This document shows, piece after piece, positions 60,219 to 64,000 of a DNA stretch of 64,000 nucleotides (positions are counted from its first letter, which is position 1; every line of letters starts with the position of its first letter). A program made the position numbers and the translations under genes. Location of the stretch: positions 32,547 to 96,546 of the forward strand of contig CACNXK010000004.1 of the NCBI GenBank assembly GCA_902624425.1. The letters run 5' to 3'. Below the pieces are notes generated by a model. It saw only the letters and a list, made by a program, of their open reading frames with translations, was not told the DNA's origin and did no database searches. This DNA comes from an uncultured SAR86 cluster bacterium. Its GTDB lineage: Bacteria > Pseudomonadota > Gammaproteobacteria > Magnimaribacterales > D2472.

Positions 60219-60335
60219 ATGAAAGTAAGAGCATCAGTAAAGAAAATTTGCAGAGATTGTAAGATAGTCAGGAGAAAAGGTGTTTTATTTGTAATTTGTA
60301 AAACTGACCCAAAACATAAGCAGAAGCAAGGTTAA
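60219..60335 (+). CDS. rpmJ: ribosomal protein L36 (Zn-ribbon type; absent from the ORF track)
   Basis: Hand translation [38 protein letters not shown]. Confidence 0.97.
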   Translation: MKVRASVKKICRDCKIVRRKGVLFVICKTDPKHKQKQG

Positions 60336-60340
60336 ATATT

Positions 60341-60697
60341 ATGGCAAGAATAGCAGGTGTAAACATACCAGAAAATAAACACATAGAGATTTCTCTAACG
60401 CATATATTTGGTATCGGCCGAAAAAGAGCTCAAGATATTTGTGATTCATTAGGCTTAGAATATTCTAAAAAAGTTTCAGATCTTTCAGAGGATGAGTTAG
60501 AAAAAGTCAGAGGTGAAGTTGCAAAATATACATTAGAGGGAGACTTAAGAAGAGAGGTCAGTGTAAATATAAAAAGATTGATGGATTTGGGTACCAATAG
60601 AGGTATAAGACATAGAAGAAAGCTTCCAACAAGAGGTCAACGAACAAAAACTAATGCAAGGACAAGAAAAGGCCCTAGAAAGCCTATGAGAGGATAA
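60341..60697 (+). CDS. rpsM: ribosomal protein S13
   Basis: [24 protein letters not shown]. Confidence 0.98.
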   Translation: MARIAGVNIPENKHIEISLTHIFGIGRKRAQDICDSLGLEYSKKVSDLSEDELEKVRGEVAKYTLEGDLRREVSVNIKRLMDLGTNRGIRHRRKLPTRGQRTKTNARTRKGPRKPMRG

Positions 60698-60700
60698 ACA

Positions 60701-61078
60701 ATGGCTAAGAGTAAAAAAACTAAAAGGGTAATAAGTGAAGGGGTTGCACATATCCACTCTTCATTTAATAACACCATAATTACAATTACTGATAAACAGG
60801 GTAATGCTATTTGTTGGGCTACCTCTGGTGGTTCTGGTTTCAGAGGCTCTAGAAAAAGTACTCCTTTTGCAGCTCAGATTGCTGCTGAAAAGGTAGGCAC
60901 TGTTGCAAAAGAGGACTATGGCATGACAAGTCTTGATGTAAAAGTTAAAGGTCCAGGAGCTGGAAGGGAATCGGCAGTTAGGTCATTAAATGCATGTGGC
61001 TTAAAAATAAAGAGTATAACTGACGTTACACCTCTTCCTCATAATGGATGTAGACCACCAAAAAAGAGAAGAGTTTAG
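60701..61078 (+). CDS. rpsK: ribosomal protein S11
   Basis: [26 protein letters not shown]. Confidence 0.98.
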   Translation: MAKSKKTKRVISEGVAHIHSSFNNTIITITDKQGNAICWATSGGSGFRGSRKSTPFAAQIAAEKVGTVAKEDYGMTSLDVKVKGPGAGRESAVRSLNACGLKIKSITDVTPLPHNGCRPPKKRRV

Positions 61079-61087
61079 GAGAAAATA

Positions 61088-61708
61088 ATGGCTAGATATA
61101 GAGGACCATCTTTAAGACTTTCAAGAAGAGAGGGAACAGATCTTTACTTGAAGAGTGGAGTAAGGGCTGTTGAATCAAAATGTAATATGGAAACTGCGCC
61201 TGGTGTGCATGGTCTTAGAAGAGGGAGACTATCTGACTATGGATTACAGCTTAGAGAAAAACAAAAAGTAAGAAGAATGTATGGAGTTCTTGAGAAGCAG
61301 TTCAGAAATTACTATAAAAAAGCTGCTAAATCGAAAGGTAATACAGGTGAGAATCTATTGTCCTACTTGGAACAGAGATTAGATAATGTTGTTTATAGGA
61401 TGGGATTTGGTTGCACTCGTGCAGAAGCAAGACAGCTTGTTTCTCACAAAGCAATTCTTGTCAACGGAAGCACAGTAAACATTCCTTCATATCAAGTTCA
61501 GCCTGATGACGTGGTCGAGGTAAGGGAAAATAAGAAAAGCCAGCTGAGGATTCAATCTGCATTGGATTTAGCTGCTCAAAGAGAAGAATGCAATTGGCTT
61601 GAAGTAGATGCAAAGAATTTTAGAGGTGTGTTTAAGTCAGTACCTGATAGGACTGATCTAAGCACAGAAATAAATGAAAATCTTATAGTTGAGCTTTACT
61701 CAAAATAA
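61088..61708 (+). CDS. rpsD: ribosomal protein S4
   Basis: [23 protein letters not shown]. Confidence 0.98.
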   Translation: MARYRGPSLRLSRREGTDLYLKSGVRAVESKCNMETAPGVHGLRRGRLSDYGLQLREKQKVRRMYGVLEKQFRNYYKKAAKSKGNTGENLLSYLEQRLDNVVYRMGFGCTRAEARQLVSHKAILVNGSTVNIPSYQVQPDDVVEVRENKKSQLRIQSALDLAAQREECNWLEVDAKNFRGVFKSVPDRTDLSTEINENLIVELYSK

Positions 61709-61725
61709 GAGGGTTAGAGGTAATT

Positions 61726-62691
61726 ATGCAAATATCAGTAATAGATTTATTAGTACCAACCGAGATACAGGTCGAAAATGTTTCAGACACTGTATCAAAG
61801 GTCACTCTAGAGCCGCTTGAAAGGGGGTTTGGTCATACTCTAGGTAATGCCTTAAGAAGAATTCTTCTTTCATCAATGCCTGGTGCTGCCGTGACAGATG
61901 TTGTAATTGATGGTATTTCCCATGAGTATTCAACAATTGAGGGTGTTAGAGAGGATGTAATAGATATTCTTTTGAATTTAAAAGACATGCCTGTAAAGCT
62001 AATTGAAGGCAATGAAGCAGAGTTAAAGCTGTCAGTGGATGGACCATGCGAAGTCACATCTTCTTCATTTGAAGCTCCTGGAAATGTAGAGTTGACAGAC
62101 GCTGACCATCATGTAGTTTCACTGGTTGATAAAATCAAATTAAACATGTCTGTTTTTGTAAGAACAGGCAGAGGCTATGAACCTGCTGATATCAGAGATG
62201 ATGAAAATAATACTGTAGGAGGCTTGAAAGTAGATGCTTCATTTAGCCCTGTTAAAAGAGTCTCTTATTCTGTAGAGAATGCAAGGTTTGAAAAAAGAAC
62301 AGATTTAGATAAATTAATTCTTGAACTTGAGACTGATGGAACAATCGATGCAAAAATGGCTATTGAGCATTCTGCAACTATTATGCAGCAGCAACTGGCA
62401 GCTTTTGTTGACCTCGAGGCTATCGCAGAACAAGAAGCTAAAAAAGAACAAAATGATTTTGATCCATTGCTGCTAAGATCTATCGAAGAACTAGAGCTAA
62501 CTGTCAGATCTACTAATTGCTTAAAAGCTGAAAGTATTTTCTTAATTGGCGATTTAATTCAAAGATCTGAATTTGACCTTTTAAAAACACCTAACCTTGG
62601 CAAGAAGTCTCTAAATGAGATTAAAGATGTGCTAGCTTCTAAAGGGCTCTCTCTTGGTATGGTGCTAGATAACTGGCCACCGATGGGTTAA
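61726..62691 (+). CDS. rpoA: RNA polymerase alpha subunit
   Basis: [32 protein letters not shown]. Confidence 0.99.
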   Translation: MQISVIDLLVPTEIQVENVSDTVSKVTLEPLERGFGHTLGNALRRILLSSMPGAAVTDVVIDGISHEYSTIEGVREDVIDILLNLKDMPVKLIEGNEAELKLSVDGPCEVTSSSFEAPGNVELTDADHHVVSLVDKIKLNMSVFVRTGRGYEPADIRDDENNTVGGLKVDASFSPVKRVSYSVENARFEKRTDLDKLILELETDGTIDAKMAIEHSATIMQQQLAAFVDLEAIAEQEAKKEQNDFDPLLLRSIEELELTVRSTNCLKAESIFLIGDLIQRSEFDLLKTPNLGKKSLNEIKDVLASKGLSLGMVLDNWPPMG

Positions 62692-62694
62692 AAA

Positions 62695-63105
62695 ATGAGA
62701 CATCATAAATCAGGAAGAAAATTAAATAGAAACTCAGCACACAGGAAAGCTTTGTTTAAAAACTTATCACTTGCTTTAATAGAGCATGAGATTATTAAGA
62801 CAACGGTTCCAAAAGCAAAAGAGCTAAAAAAATATCTTGAGCCTCTTATAACCGTTTCAAAAACTGATTCAGTAGCAAACAGAAGAAGAGTCTTTGATAA
62901 GTTAAGGTGTAAAAAATCAGTTGGTAAGCTATTTGATGACATTGGTCCAAAATCATCTTCAAGACCTGGAGGCTATCTTAGAATAATTAAAGCTGGCTTT
63001 AGGCCTGGCGACAAAGCTGATATGGCTTTTGTAGAATGGGTTGATAGATCAACTGAAGATGCTGAAGTCGAAGTTCCTGAACTTAAGGAATCAGAAACTA
63101 GCTAA
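62695..63105 (+). CDS. rplQ: ribosomal protein L17
   Basis: [26 protein letters not shown]. Confidence 0.98.
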   Translation: MRHHKSGRKLNRNSAHRKALFKNLSLALIEHEIIKTTVPKAKELKKYLEPLITVSKTDSVANRRRVFDKLRCKKSVGKLFDDIGPKSSSRPGGYLRIIKAGFRPGDKADMAFVEWVDRSTEDAEVEVPELKESETS

Positions 63106-64000
63106 GCATTCCTTTTAAGTATTTACCAGTAAAAGATTTTTTATCTTTCGATACTTTTTCTGGTGTGCCACATGCAACAAGCTCACCGCCCTGACTTCCT
63201 CCCTCAGGACCTAAATCAATTATCCAATCTGCGGTTTTAATTACGTCTAGATTATGTTCAATAACAATAATAGTATTTCCTTGCTCCTTTAATCTATGTA
63301 AAACTTTAAGGAGTAGCTCAATGTCATGAAAATGAAGTCCAGTTGTTGGCTCATCCAAAATAAATAAGGTTTTACCAGTGCTTCTTTTTGACAGCTCTTT
63401 AGCAAGCTTTATTCTTTGAGCTTCTCCGCCCGAGAGGGTGGTAGCAGATTGACCAAGAGTAATATAACCGAGACCTACATCATTTAAGGTCTTAAGTTTA
63501 TTCTTAATGGCTGGAATTTGATCAAAAAACGACAAGGCATCTTCGACCGTCATGCTTAAGACATCACTAATATTTTTATCTTTATATTTAACTTCAAGTG
63601 TTTGATCATTGTATCTACTTCCATGACAAACATCGCATGTTACATAAACATCAGCTAAAAAGTGCATTTCTACTTTAATAAGACCATCTCCTTGGCAAGC
63701 CTCACATCTTCCTCCTTTTACATTAAAGCTAAACCTTCCTGGTTTATAGCCTCTAGCTCTTGCTTCAATAGTTTGTGAAAAAAGATCTCTTATATTAGAA
63801 AATAATCCAATGTAAGTTGCTGGATTAGAGCGCGGAGTTCTTCCTATGGGTGATTGGTCAATATCTATAACTTTGTCAAGGTGCTCAAGACCTTTAATTT
63901 CTTTACATTTAACTTCTTTTTTTAGATTTGCTCTGTTTAGCATAAAAGAACTCATAGGAAGAAGAGTTTGATTTATTAGGGACGATTTTCCAGAACCTGA
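63098..64000 (-). CDS. uvrA: excinuclease ABC subunit A, C-terminal part (5'-truncated by the window edge)
   Basis: Frame is open to the edge with SGSGKSSL; [44 protein letters not shown]. Confidence 0.97.
   Translation of the reverse strand, partial: SGSGKSSLINQTLLPMSSFMLNRANLKKEVKCKEIKGLEHLDKVIDIDQSPIGRTPRSNPATYIGLFSNIRDLFSQTIEARARGYKPGRFSFNVKGGRCEACQGDGLIKVEMHFLADVYVTCDVCHGSRYNDQTLEVKYKDKNISDVLSMTVEDALSFFDQIPAIKNKLKTLNDVGLGYITLGQSATTLSGGEAQRIKLAKELSKRSTGKTLFILDEPTTGLHFHDIELLLKVLHRLKEQGNTIIVIEHNLDVIKTADWIIDLGPEGGSQGGELVACGTPEKVSKDKKSFTGKYLKGMLS

Noticed and set aside
56179-60335. Systematic zinc-sparing of ribosomal proteins
   Set aside because: S14 is the long Zn-free form, but that is normal for Gammaproteobacteria, and L36 and YacG keep their Cys ligands

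Overview
AT-rich, very densely packed window from a streamlined gammaproteobacterium. The 16S sequence, gene order and near-absence of intergenic DNA suggest a marine SAR86-like lineage; this assignment is by eye only. Contents, in order: the end of an RND permease; bamD/rluD; ilvIHC; one tRNA-less rRNA operon; coaE-yacG; secA-lpxC-rlmB-rnr; an accessory block at about 20.3-32.4 kb (two TonB-dependent receptors, a Zn-type alcohol dehydrogenase, an amidohydrolase pair, SPFH/NfeD, a 5'-nucleotidase); msrA-birA; four tRNAs with tuf; the secE-nusG-rpl-rpoBC-str-S10-spc-alpha cluster; and the end of uvrA. The main finding is a 94-aa ORF (25321-25605, minus strand) directly upstream of an extremely His-rich, ZnuD-like TonB-dependent receptor. 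It has a hydrophobic N-terminus, an HxxxH..H..CxxC motif and a C-terminal RAPP motif, and its RAPP/stop codons can base-pair with the receptor's AGGAG Shine-Dalgarno. Together these point to a ribosome-stalling, metal-sensing translational switch. No mobile element or CRISPR array was seen.
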